Origin: Mobula hypostoma
Taxonomy: Eukaryota
Reading direction: 5' to 3'
DNA: 64,000 nt
Assembly (NCBI RefSeq): GCF_963921235.1
Contig: NC_086098.1
Span: 7,502,001 to 7,566,000, forward strand
Shown: positions 12,470 through 25,000 of the stretch, piece after piece
Position numbering within the stretch: position 1 is the first letter of the stretch
Layout of the letters: each line of letters starts with the position of its first letter
The notes under the pieces: model-generated
What the model saw: only the letters and a program-made list of their open reading frames with translations
The model's database searches: none
What the model was told of the DNA's origin: nothing
Position numbers and translations under genes: made by a program

Positions 12470-13910
12470 AGACAGCAACAGAGCAGTACAGGAAGAGTAT
12501 ATGGGAAAAAGCAGCATCACACAACGCCAGTGCCCTGTGGCTGAAAGACCTACTAGCGAGCCTGTGCAATCTCCCAGAGGAAGACCCTGTCACCATCACA
12601 GCAGCAGATGTCCAGCAACGGGTAGCAAGTATGAAGAACTGGACATCACCAGGGCCTGACATGATCCACACCTATTGGCTGAAGAAACGAACAGCATTAC
12701 ATACATGCTGGCAGCTCAAATGAATCCGCTGCTTGAAGCAGGCTCTCGCCCTGAGTGGTTAACTCAAGGAAGGACAGTACTCATAATAAAGGATCCTCAC
12801 AAGGGAACAACGCCGTCAGAGTACCCGCCTGTAACCCACCTGTCAACAATATTGAAGCTCCTATCAGGTATCATAGCCACAAAGCTGAAGGAACATGTGT
12901 GTAAGTTCCAGAGCCCTGTTCAAAGGGGGATTGGTAATGGAACCTTGTGCTCCAAGCACCAACTACTGGTAGACAAAGCAGTCATGTGAGACTCCAAGAC
13001 CAGACAAACCAACCTAAGCACAGCCTGGATCAACTACCAGAAAGCATACAACTCAATGCCCCACACATGAATCTTGGAATGCCAGCCTCTGTATAAGGTC
13101 AACAAGACGCTAAGAACCTTCATCAAGAACAATGTCAGAAGTTAACTCAAAGTCAATAGCACAAGTGACTATCCCATCAGATGTGGAATATACCAGGATG
13201 ATGCACTATCCCCACTGCTGTCCTGCATAGGCTTGAACCCCCTCAGCCAGATCATCTCAAAGAGTGGATATGGGTACAGCACAGAGGCACTGTTCATGGA
13301 GGCACAAGATCCGGAGTTGAGCACAAGAGCAGTAGAAGCAGGGGTCTATCACAGCAGACAAGACCCAAGATGTAGACTGTGCAAGGGATCCACTGAAAGC
13401 ATCCAGCACATAGTAGCAGGGTGCAAGATGCAGGACAACCAACTTGCAGAAACTGTGTACAGGAACATTTGTGCTGAGTATGGATTGGACGCTCCCAAGT
13501 CCAAATGGGAATCACCCAAAAAGGTCCTGTGGGGCTTCCAAATACAGACTGATAAGCAGGTACCGGCCAAACAACTAGACATAATAATACTGGACAAAAA
13601 ACAGAAGAAAAAAGCAATAGTAATATATATGGCAATCCTGAATAACAGAAACATCAGGAAGAAAGAATATGAGAAGCTGGAGAAATGCCAGGGCTTGAAA
13701 GAGCAGATAAAAAGCATGTGGAAGCTTAAAGCCAGAGTAATCCCTGTGGTGATAGGAGCACTTGGAGCTGTGACATCTGAACTGGGAGAGTGGCTCCAAC
13801 AAAACCTAGGAACAACATCTGAGATCTCAGACCAGAAGAGTGCACTAGGAACAGCAAGGATACTGTGGCAAACCCTCAAGATCCCAACCTCTGGTAGAGG
13901 ACCCAAGATT
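12470..13910 (+). mobile_element. R4/Dong(Rex6)-type non-LTR retrotransposon with restriction-like endonuclease, internally deleted
   Basis: RT N-terminal motifs PGPDMIH, PEWLTQGRTVLI, AWINYQKAYNSMPH and a frameshifted GIYQ-DALSPLL; CCHC CRLCK...IQHIVAGC; REL-like LDIIILDK...EKLEKCQGL..VIPVVIGALG. Confidence 0.8.
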
Positions 13911-13939
13911 GAGGGAAAAATATACATACGGGGTGAGAA

Positions 13940-14460
13940 AAATATATACATTAATAAAATAAAATTAAATAAATAGTGCAAAAAGGATGATAAAAGTAAT
14001 AAGGTAGCGTTCATGGGTTCATTGTCCATTCAGAAATCTGATGGCAGAGGGGAAGAATTTGTTCCCGAATCATTGCGTGTGTGCCTTCAGGCTTCTGTAC
14101 CTTCTCCCTGATGGTAGCAATGAGAAGAGGGCATGGCTTGGTTGATGGTGTCCTTAATGATGGATGCCACCATTTTGCGGTATCGCTCCTTGAAGATGTC
14201 TTAGATGCTATAAAGGCTTGTGCCCACGATGGAGCTGACTAATTTTACAACATCCTGCAGCTTATTTCAATCCTGTGTGGTGCACCCTCCCCCATACCAG
14301 ACAGTGTTGCAGCCAGTTAGAATGCCTTCTGTAGAAATTGGCGAGTGACGCACCAAATCTCCTCACACTCCGAATGAAATATAGCCAATGTCATGTCTTC
14401 TTTGTAGCTGAATCGATATGAAATTGCTAACTCTGTCCACTTCTGACCCCTGGATGAGGA
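13940..14460 (-). mobile_element. Rex/Babar-like LINE 3' fragment
   Basis: Antisense of the DUF1891-type C-terminus also seen at 20210-20870 and 46130-47305. Confidence 0.65.
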
Positions 14461-14461
14461 T

Positions 14462-14675
14462 GTGGCATGGTAATGCAGTGGTCAGTGTGACACTATTACA
14501 GTATAGTGCCAGTGACCCGTCTTCGATTCCTGCTGCAGTCTGTAAGGAATTTGTATGACCTCCCCGTGGGGACATGGGTTTCCGCCATATGCTCCTGTTT
14601 CCTCCCATTTTCCAAAGACATAGGTGTTACAAGGTTAATTGGTCACATGTGTGTAATTGGGTGGCATGGGCTGCA
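14462..14675 (+). mobile_element. V-SINE/HE1-like SINE
   Basis: tRNA-like head (gtggcatggtaatgcagtggtcag...ttcgattcc) and V-domain-like core. Confidence 0.6.
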
Positions 14676-14928
14676 TCTATAAATAAACTAACAAGCCAGG
14701 TTGAAAGAGTACAGAGAAAACTTGCAAGGATGTTGCTGGGTCTGGAGGGTTTGAGTTATAAGGAAAGATTGAATAGGTTAGAACTTTATTCCTTGGAATG
14801 TAGAAGATTGAGGGGAGACTTGATAGAAGTGTACAAAATTATGAGGTGTGTAAATAAGGTTAATGCAAGCAGGCTTTTTCCACTGAAGCTGGGTGGAGAC
14901 TACAACCAAAGGTTATGGGTTAAGGGTG

Positions 14929-16288
14929 TGTAACCTCCTCACCGAACTTGTATGCAGCTAGGCTCATTAGCGGCCTCTGCTAACAGCCACGTGACCCAGC
15001 GGTCCACCTTTCATAAACAATATACGTCTTGGGTTGGAATGATTTGGATTCAAGCAAACAGAACAGTTGATAATGTTTCAATTAACGGAATCTCGATTTG
15101 AGCGAATGCTGAGTAGATACTGCCCATATACAATTATCATCCGGCAAGAAATAGCAGATCGTACACCACATACAATCACAAAGAAAGTGAATTTACTAAT
15201 TTCAGCTTATAATGAGGAAAAAAAAGGGAAAGAAAAGAAAGAAATAAAAGGGCCCACTACAGCTAAACCAGTCTAAATTTGCACATGCATTGGAGCTCGT
15301 ATTGTCCAATCACTGGGTATGACCATTACTCAATCACCATTTGGACTTGCCATCTTGGACTCCTGCATCTCGCGAAGCGCTTCTTGCAATACCGTCTCCC
15401 TGTCGGACCGAATCCTACGGCCATTTCTCCCGATCTTCTCTGCATCTCCCACCAAAAGACCACGAACCCAAACAGTGTTCGTCACAAATCTCTCTCCACC
15501 CAGCTCTCTCTAGAACCTTCTCCCAATTCCACCATCCTGATTGGCCGACACAACATTCCGAAGTTGAACATTATTGCCCTTTATCTTTAGCCGAAACAAC
15601 ACATTCTACCAGCAGGACACACTGCTTTTACAGAAAAAGACATCTTTGCCATAGAGGGAGTACAAAGAAGGTTCACCAGATTGATTCCTGGGATGGCAGG
15701 TCTTTCATATGAAGAAAGACTGGATGAACTGGGCTTGTACTCGTTGGAATTTAGAAGATTGAGGGGGGATCTGATTGAAACGTATAAGATCCTAAAGGGA
15801 TTGGACAGGCTAGATGCAGGAAGATTGTTCCCGATGTTGGGGAGGTCTAGAACGAGGGGTCACAGTTTGAGGATAGAGGGGAAGCCTTTTAGGACCGAGG
15901 TTAGGAAAAACTTCTTCACACAGAGAGTGGTGAATCTGTGGAATTCTCTGCCACAGCAAACTGTTGAGGCCAGTTCATTAGCTATGTTTAAAAGGAAGTT
16001 AGATATGGCCCTTGTGGCTACAGGGGTCAGGGGGTATGGAGGGAAGGCTGGGTTCTGAGTTGGATGATCAGCCATGATCATAATAAATGGCGGTGCAGGC
16101 TCGAAGGGCCGAATGGCCTACTCCTGCACCTATTTTCTATGTTTCTATGTTTCTATAATAAATGGCGGTGCAGGCTCGAAGGGCCGAATGGCCTACTCCT
16201 GCACCTATTTTCTATGTTTCTATGTTTCTAAAACAACTAAATGAACTACCTTACAGCACTAAGGTAAAATCTCAATCAGGGCATTACA
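14929..16288 (-). repeat. Solo LTR with a nested CR1
   Basis: TGTAAC...TTACA termini; layout similar to the LTR at 21514-22080, from which orientation is inferred. Confidence 0.65.
15640..16230 (+). mobile_element. Young CR1 3' fragment with tandemly duplicated 3' end
   Basis: ORF 15681-16058 is nearly identical to 29-412; the terminal ~74 bp occurs twice. Confidence 0.92.
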
Positions 16289-16704
16289 ACTGAAGGGTGA
16301 AAAGTTTAAGGGGAATATGAGGGGAAATTTCTTCACTCCGAGGATTGTGGGAGTGTGGAATGAGCTGCCAGCAGATTTCCCGTAGGATTCGGTCCGACAG
16401 GGAGACGGTATTGCAAGGAGCGCTTCGCGAGATGCAGGAGTCCAAGATGGCAAGACCAAATGGTGATTGAGTAATGGTCATACCCAGTGATTGGACAATA
16501 CGAGCTCCAATACCAGCTCGATTTCAATGTTTAAGAAAAGCACGTGGATAGTAGTGATATGGAAGGCTATGGTCCAGGTGCAGGTCAATGGGAGTAGGCA
16601 GTTTAAATGGTTTTGGCATGAACTAGATGGGCCAAAATGCTTGTTTCTATGCAGTAGTTTATCTCTGTTGGAGAATCATTTGACCTCAGATGGCACAATT
16701 TGTG

Positions 16705-16878
16705 ATGCACATAAAATGTGTGAGAAGTTTAGCAGGTCAAGCAGCACCTATGCAGGGAAATAAAGTGTCCAAAATGCTGACTGTTCATTTCCCTCCATAG
16801 AGGCTGCCTGACTTACTGAGTTCCTCCAGCATTTTGTGTGTGTTATCCAGGATTTCCACCACCTGCAGAATCTCGTGT
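16705..16878. mobile_element. Penelope-like pseudo-LTR remnant forming an imperfect inverted repeat
   Basis: cacataaaatg..agcaggtcaagcagc.. opposite ..gctgcctgacttactgagttcctccagcattttgtgtg. Confidence 0.55.
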
Positions 16879-16879
16879 A

Positions 16880-17165
16880 GATAGTCATAGAGTCCTGGAA
16901 CACTACAGAACAGAAACAGGCCCTTCAGCCCATCATGTCCATGCCAGACTGTTATTCTGCCTAGTTCCATCAACTTATACCAAGACCATAACCCTCCATA
17001 CCCCTTCCCCATCCATGTACCTATCCAAATTTTTCTTAAATGTTGAAACCAAACCTGGATCCACCACTTCTGCTGGCATCTCATTCCACACTCTCACCAG
17101 CCTCTGAGTGAAGAAGTTCCCCTTTCACCTTTAACCCATGGCCTTGTGTTCTAGTCAGACCCAAT
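16880..17165 (-). mobile_element. CR1 3' tail fragment
   Basis: Antisense CR1 3' UTR (acagaaacaggcccttcagcccatc...). Confidence 0.7.
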
Positions 17166-17799
17166 CTTTTGCTATAACTCATGGAACTGTGTTCTGCTGC
17201 AGTCTTCGACAGAAGGAAAATCCAAAGCTGAAGTTTTGTCTTCTGTCAAAGATAAATGACACATATTAGGTATACCTTGATATCTGAGAAATATAAAAAA
17301 TAAGCATTTTTATTATAAAAGTAATTAAGAATATTAAGTTAATTAAAACATGTAAAATAATCAAAATAAGTAGCCTAAGTAATTAAAGCATCTCTCCCCG
17401 TCGTCCCCTAATCTGCAAGCCTTGAATCCCCATTGAAAACAATTGACTTCAGACCTTGTGCCAGGTCATTTTGGTCTCCTCAATGTGAAGGAATTGCAAT
17501 GAGTCTGGATTACATCTCTAGTATCCATGTGGGCTGCCACAATGAGGCACACTGACAGATGCCACACCATCTGTTGCTCAGTAGGTCCCAGTCTCACAGC
17601 ACAAAGGGTTTAGTCCAGTTCTTAATTTGTTGGAATGGCTAAAAGTTGCCAATTCCTTTGGAAATGTGAATACTATACACCAAGCTTGGATTGATTGTGA
17701 TTGGCATGATGGCAGACTGTAGGATTATTTTAAAATTTTTGTCCCTGGTAATGAGAGTGTGTTGAATGTTTGCCTGTTCAGAGCAGGTTGGGGACCAGG

Positions 17800-19030
17800 A
17801 TAACACACAAAATGCTGGAGGAACTCAGCAGGCTGTGCATCATCTATAGAAATGAATAAACAGTTGATGTTTCAGCCGAGACCCTTCTTTACAACTGAAA
17901 TGGAAGGGGGAAGATGTCAGAATAAAAAAAAGCGGAGGGAGGGAAGTGTGGACGATAAGAGATAGGGAAAGAAGAGGGGAGACAGGGCGAAGTTTTAGGG
18001 GAAAGAGGTAAAAGGCCAAAGTGGAGAATAGAAGAAAAGAGGAGGGGGAAGGAATTTTTTTTACTGGAAGGAGAAATCGATATTCATGCCAGCAGTTTGG
18101 AGACTACCCAAACAGAATATAATGAATGCAGCAGAACAGAGGGATCTAGGAATAATGGTGCATAGTTCCCTGAAGGTGGAATATCATGTGGATAGGGTGG
18201 TAAAGAAAGCTTTTGGTATGCTGGCCTTTATAAATCAGAGCATTGAGTATAGGAGTTGAGATGTGATGTTGAAATTGTATAAGGCATTGGTAAGGCCAAA
18301 TTTGGAGTATTGTGTACAGTTCTGGTCATCAAATTATAGGAAAGATGTCAATAAAATTGAGAGAGTACAGAGGAGATTTAATAAAATGTTGACTGGGTTT
18401 CATTTCCTAAGATACAGAGAAAGGTTGAACAAGTTGGGTTTTTATTCTTTGGAGTGTAGAAGGTTGAGGGGGGGACTTGATAGAGGTATTTAAAATTGAG
18501 GGGGATAGATAGAGTTGACGTGGATAGGCTTTTTCCATTGAGAGTGGGGGAGATTCAAACAAGAGGACATGAGTTGAGGGTTAAAGGGCAGAAGTTTAGG
18601 GGTAACATGAGGGGGAACTTCTTTACTCAGAGAGTGGTAGCTGTGTGGAACGAGCTTCCAGCAGAAGTGGTTGAGGCAGGTTCGATGTTGTCATTTAAAG
18701 TTAAATTGAATAGATATATGGACCCAGGAAAGGAATGGAGGGTTATGGGCTGAGTGCAGGTCGGTGGGACTAGGTGAGAGTAAGAGTTCGGCTCGGACTA
18801 GAAGGGCTGAGATGGCCTGTTTCCATGCTGTAATTGTTATATGGTTGTATGGTTCTCTACCTTGAGGGTGGCTTCACCTTGGCACATGTTGGAATGGAGT
18901 GGGAATCAGAATTGAAATGTTTGGTCACTGGGAGTTTCTGCTTTCGGTGGATGGACTGGAGGTGCTCTACGAAGCAGTCCTCCAATTTACAACGGAAATT
19001 GGACAGCCTCAGGAGGCTGCATCGGGAGCA
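17800..19030 (-). mobile_element. Degenerate Penelope-like element interrupted by a CR1
   Basis: pLTR end acacacaaaatgctggaggaactcagc; GIY-YIG remnant CVQCSRC..FVEHLQSIH..LPVTKHFNS in ORF 18857-19072. Confidence 0.7.
18125..18855 (+). mobile_element. CR1 3' fragment
   Basis: LYKALVRPNLEYCVQFWS and NFFTQRVVAVWNELP. Confidence 0.88.
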
Positions 19031-20209
19031 CTGGACACAAGAGACGAATAAGGAACCAAGAAGTTGTTTCATCCTTCACCAGTTACCAAGGGACTCGTGT
19101 TTCCGTGACTTCCTCTGATTCGAAGTAAGAGCAAAGCACAGATGATGCAATGCTGACTATTCATTCCATCATTAGGTAGAAAGTAATAAGCATAGCAAGA
19201 AACAAGTACAATTTAGGTATCCTCAATTAAATGCTTATGGGGTCATTAAGCTCATCACTTGCGTCTTCAGGATCCTCTCTAACTTCTAGAGATGTGCAAT
19301 AGAAACAGATTGCGTTTCAGCCTGGTATGGCAACCCCTCCGCTTGGACCATCAGTACCTGCAAATACAGCCTAGTCCATCACAGGCTCATCACATCCTTC
19401 CATCCAGTCCATCTTCACCATCAGGAAGGCTGCAGGTATTGCCAGGCCTGCCTGCCACTTGGCCAAAGGGGTGTAAGATGTTCCTTCCCTCTGCTAGCCT
19501 GCAGGTCACCCCTGGGTAAGGTCTGGCAGCTGCTTAGTCCTCCCGATTAGGGTCACATGAAGGTGGTGGATGGTTGTATGAGCAGCTGGTGCATATCACA
19601 AGTCCTGGTTGTGTGACCACTGACGTCTCAGGTATTTCCTTAGTCTTGGGTCCACCACTGTGCCTCTCCACCTCTGCTCACTTCGCCTGGGTCCTGCTGC
19701 ATTGAATCACCTCTCAAGTCTGCTCCAACAATGGATAAACATTGACTTATTCCCCACTGTCATGCCTGCCCCACCACCTCGATCCGTACACTCCAAGCCT
19801 CAAACATCCTGCACCTTCGAGACTTCAGTTCACACTGCGAAAGTGCCAGGTCGTACAGGTGGTTCAACAACTCAGGTCAGAAAGGGAAGTTATAGGCAGT
19901 GATGGTTTACCAGAAAAAGTGTAACTAATAAAGTAGTTTTGTCGTGGGAATTTAACCATTGTAAAGCATTATGCAAACTGCTACACCACCATGTCACCCT
20001 TATTGATACTATGTACAGCATTTGTTCTGCTAGCTTCACACAAGCAAGCAAAATTTAATGCACCCTGCTGTATTTTACAATAAACTAATCCCAATCTCTT
20101 GAAAGTATTAGCATTACACCTCTGGAATCAGAAACACCAGGCTCTTTCAAACGCTTTTAATTTGTCCCTCAGGTTTACCCGCAGCTATTCAAGCATGGTT
20201 GAGCATCAA

Positions 20210-20870
20210 GGCTACTAACTTAAAAAGTTTATGCAGATTTGGCATGTCATCTAAAACTTTGACAAACTTCTATAGGTGCACAGTGGAGATCATTCAGACT
20301 GATTGCATCATGGCCAAAGCACATGAACAGAAAAGCCTACAAAATGTGTTGGATACAGCACAGTCCTTCACAGAAAGTGCCCTCTCCTCCATTGAGAACA
20401 TCCAATAGTGTTCTGTCACAAGAAAGCAACATTCACCATCGAAGATCCCAACCATCCGGCCCATGCTCTTTTGTCGCTGCTGCTATCGGGCAGGAGGTAC
20501 AGGAGCCTTAGGTCCCACACCACCAGGTGCAGGAACAGTTATTACCCTACAACCATCAGACTCCTGAACCAGTGAGGATAACTTCACTCACCTCAACACT
20601 GAACTGATTCCAAAACCTACAGACTTGCTTTCAAGGACTCCCAACTCATGTTCTCAGTATTTATTTATTTATTTATTTGTTTATCTTTTTATTTGCACTG
20701 TGTGCTTTCCTTTGCAGGTTTGTTGTTTGTCCATCTTTGTGAGTAGTTTTTCATTGATTGTATTGTATTTCTCTGTTCTACTGTGAACGCCTGCAAGAAA
20801 ATGAATATTGAGGTAGTAAAATGGTGACAAAAATATATATATTTTGATAAAAAATTTAATTTGAACTTGG
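20210..20870 (+). mobile_element. Rex/Babar-like LINE 3' fragment (DUF1891-like C-terminus)
   Basis: RFGMSSKTLTNFYRCTVE..LQNVLDTAQ, followed by the family 3' UTR. Confidence 0.65.
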
Positions 20871-21513
20871 AAGTTCGATGACAATCGTTTGCCTGAAAAT
20901 TCCATGACTGCATCCTTGTAGAACATAGAACAATACAGCAAGTGCAGGTCCTTTGGCCACAATGTTTTGCTGACCTTTTAATCCACTCTGATCTACTCTT
21001 CCATGGACAGTTCCAAGCTCGGCTGTGAAAGGAGGATAGCTGAGCATGGGGCTAGCAACACGATCCTGTAAAAACCCAGAAATGAGAATAAAAGCTCCAA
21101 AGGTCTCTTGTCCCTGGGAGATGAAGGATCTTCGCATGGAAGATGTATAGATGGGCTGCACCTGGACTTGAGAGACGGGCCCAGGGCAGACATGGCTTCT
21201 CTCTAGAGAGAGCTAAGTGTGCCAAGTTCCTGGGAGTTCACATCATGATGACCTCACCCGCTCCCTCAATATTACCCCCCTGAACAAGAAGGCACAGGGA
21301 CACCTCCACTTCCTGAGAAGACTGAGGCAAGCGAGGCAACCCCCCAACCCCTATTTCAACTGAATTTTACAGGAGCACCGTTGCCAGCGGACAAAAACCT
21401 GAGATTTGGGAGTCCTTGTGCAGGATTCCCTAAAGGTTAATTTGCAGGTTGAGTCTGCGGTGAGGAAGGCAAATGCAATGTTAGCATTCATTTCAAGAGG
21501 ACTAGAATATAAA

Positions 21514-22080
21514 TGTAACCCTCAGGCTCACCCAGCTCACGTTCGTCTAGGGGAAACAGCCTTCGGCCCTGCCAAACTGGGAAATCACGTTTGAGTGGAT
21601 GCTGTGTAATGTATCCACAGTTACAATCCCACAACACAAAATGTCAGACAGTACACCATATGTAATTAAATGGTTGAACTTTATGAATCTTAATCTGAAT
21701 ATAGGGTTAGTAATGAAAATTAAAAAAAAGACCCAAGTCAAGTCAAAGTCCCCGTTGGAGCTCACTCAGTCGTCATTCTTCCACCATTGATCTCCTCCGA
21801 ACGTCGCCGATCTTCGGACCCTCAGATCTCAGTCCACTCCGTCCGGTGGTCTACCAGCTCTCTCCACACACACTTCCCTCTTCATCTCTCCTTGACAAAG
21901 ACCGCGAGAAAACATCTTTCCAGACTCACAAGACACAGCAACAATCTCTTATTGGCTAACATGCATCCTGTTATCTCCAGCCATAACCCAAACATTGCTG
22001 CTACAGAGAAACCGTTACCTCAGCAGTGAACATTACAAGGAAGCCATTACATTAACCATGAAACCTTACAGCGCGTTACA
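21514..22080 (-). repeat. 3' LTR of minus-strand Gypsy element (567 bp)
   Basis: TGTAAC...GTTACA terminal inverted ends; abutted by a polypurine tract. Confidence 0.88.
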
Positions 22081-22093
22081 CTCTCCCCCCACC
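22081..22093 (-). promoter_or_regulatory. Polypurine tract
   Basis: ggtggggggagag on the minus strand immediately 5' of the LTR. Confidence 0.8.
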
Positions 22094-22099
22094 AAATTT

Positions 22100-25000
22100 A
22101 GTCATGTCCTCATAACGTTGAGATAATTTGCCAACCCTTCCTGCAAAACGCAAAGCCCAATCCAGGTGCAAAAGGCAGTGACATAACTCCCCAAAACAGT
22201 CGAAATCATGCCTTGTTCCCCAGGCGCTACGTAGGCCAACCTATCCGGGAGGATCCTAATTCTCTGAGACCTCCATACCCCCTCAACTAACTCATCAGGC
22301 TCAGACGCTACTGGGGATACTGGCTCTATGTGGCGAGTCCTCCCTCGAACTATCACTCACGTCCCCCTGCAACTCGGAGCCCTCTGTCCCGTGTCCAGGC
22401 CCCGCTTCCTCTCCCTCAGGGTCCTGCTGTAACCTAGGCTGCCCACAGATAGCACACTCCCCTGCAACTTCACCTGACTCAGTGGGAGAAGGGCCAGGAG
22501 TCTCTTCCTCAATCAATGGGGAGTTAGCGACAGGCAGCATGTACCACACATCCAGATCATCATCCTCCGAATCAGTATCCCTCTCATGGGCAGGCCCCAG
22601 CCCAGCCTCTCCCACTGGGAGACCTGCAGTTGCCCCGCACTTTCGCAGAGTCCTCTTACTAGGTGTAGGTTCCAAGTCGGGCTCTGGGTCTACCTGCACA
22701 TCTTGTCCCGGGGCAACAGGTGGTTCCGATGGAGAATCTTGACAGGCCCATTCCCCTCCTCTGGTTTCACCCGGAAAACCGAGAGGTTTGACATCTGACT
22801 CTCCACCACGTAGGGTGTGGCTGCCCAGCGGTCAGCCAACTTGTGCCTTCGAGGTAGCCCCAAATTCCTGATGAGGACTCTACCTCCTGGCAGGAGTTGG
22901 GAGAACTTCACTTTTTGATCATACCTCCTCTTATTTCCTTGATTCTGCTTGGCGGCCGTGGCCCTTTTCAACTCTCTCCTCATATCAGACACTTACTTCA
23001 GATAAGGCTTCGGTGGTAAAAGGTTGGTGGTGTTGTAGATAGTGTAGAGGATTGTCAAAGATTGCAGAGAGACATTGATAGGATGCAGAAGTGGGCTGAG
23101 AAGTGGCAGATGGAGGTCAACCTGGAGAAGTGTGAGGTGGTACACTTTGGAAGGACAAACTCCAAGGCAGAGTACAAAGTAAATGGCAGGATACTTGGTA
23201 GTGTGGAGGAGCAGAGGAATCTGGGGGTACATGTCCACAGATTCTTGAAAGTTGCCTCACAGGTTGATAGGGTAGTTAAGAAAGCTTATGGGGTGTTAGC
23301 TTTCATAAGTCGAGGGATAGAGTTTAAGAGTCGTGATGTAATGATGCAGCTCTATAAAACTCTGGTTAGGCCACACTTGGAGTATTGTGTCCAGTTCTGG
23401 TCGCCTCACTATAGGAAGGATGTGGAAGCACTGGAAAGGGTACAGAGGAGATTTACCAGGATGCTGCCTAGTTTAGCAAGTATGCATTATGATGAGAGAT
23501 TAAGGGAGCTAGGGCTTTACTCTTTGGAGAGAAGGAGGATGAGAGGAGACATGATAGAGGTGACAAGATAATAAGAGGAATAGATAGAGTGGATAGCCAG
23601 CGCCTCTTCCCCAGGGCACCACTGCTCAATACAAGAGGACATGGCTTTAATGTGAGGGGTGGGAAGTTCAAGGGGGATATTAGAGGAAGGCTTTTTACTC
23701 AGAGAGTGGTTGGTGTGTGGAATGCACTGCCTGAGTCAGTGGTGGAGGCAGATACACTAGTGAAGTTTAAGAGACTACTAAACAGGTATATAGAGGAATT
23801 TAAGGTGGGGGCTTATATGGGAGGCAGGGTTTGAGGGTCGGCACAACATTGTGGGCCGAAGGGCTTGTACTGTGCTGTACTATTCTATGTTCTATGTAAG
23901 TTACCCTTGTCAGTTCCAAAACAAAAGTCAATGGGCAACCTGGCCTCGCGCCCAAACATCAGATAACATGGTGAGTACCCGGTAGCTTCATGTCGTGTAC
24001 AGTTGTAACAGTGAACCAGATGCCCAATATGTTGACTCCATCTGTTCTTCTTGCTGATCTCCAGGGTCCCAAGCATGTCTAGCAAGGTCCGATTAAACCT
24101 CTCAGGGTGGGGATCGCCTCGTGGGTGATAGGATGTGGTCCTCGACTTCTCAACATCAAGCATGCCCAGTAACACATAGATGAGTCTGCTCTTGAAGTCC
24201 CATCCCTGATCACTATGTATCTGCCTGGGAAGGCCATAATGGATGAAATACTTCACCCATAACACTTTTGCCACTGTAGTCGCCCTCTGGTCCTTATTAG
24301 GAAAAGCCTGAGCATATCTGGTGTAGTGGTCCGTGATGACTAAGACATCTGCTGTGTTGCTGGCATCGGGTTCTATGGACAGGAAATCCACACACACCAG
24401 GTCCAGGGGCCCCACACTCTGCAAGTGGGACAAAGGAGCTGCCCGCGTAGGCAGTGTCTTCCGCCATATGCAGCGATGCACGACTTACAGTATTCTTCGA
24501 CCTTCAACTTCATTCGGGACCAGTAAAACCGGTCTCTGAGCAATCCATAGGTCTTTTCCATCCCTAAACGTCCAGAATCATCATGAAGTGACTTCAATGC
24601 AATCTTCCGATACTTCTTGGGCAGAACCATCTGGCAACGCCGAGGTCGGTCCGGGGGTGGGATGACCTGGTAAAAGTTCTGGTTCTTCAAATCCAACCGA
24701 GGCCATTCTTTCAGTAATGGAGGCACCAAAGCGTGTTTCGTCTTCTCCACCTGAGCCATGTCTCCCTTTTCAACCACGGACCAAATAGTGCCAATGCCCG
24801 GATCAGCTCGCTGCGTAGCTGCCACTTCCCCAGGACTCAATTCCAGCAGCTGATTTGTCTTCAGAGCAGTCAGGTTACAGTAAACTTGTGATTTGGCTTC
24901 ATCAGAAGCTCCCAGTTGATCTACCGCTCGATCCTGCCCCTCCTTTTCCTCTGCCTTCACAGTGATAGCAAGCTGACACATGGTCTTCACCCCAGGGGCA

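Larger units (their letters stand above)
14690..16650 (+). mobile_element. CR1 3' fragment hosting a solo LTR and an inverted templated insert
   Basis: VERVQRKLARML..RRLRGDLIEVYKI before 14929; resumes gaagggtgaaaagtttaaggggaatatgagg after 16288. Confidence 0.8.

Noticed and set aside
17208..17247. Short hairpin gacagaag...cttctgtc as a miRNA or terminator
   Set aside because: The stem is too short for a pre-miRNA, there is a single copy, and bacterial terminators are irrelevant in this eukaryotic context.
22102..22699. env-like or accessory ORF between integrase and the 3' LTR
   Set aside because: Low-complexity acidic/proline-rich continuation of the integrase C-terminus; no signal peptide or transmembrane segment seen.
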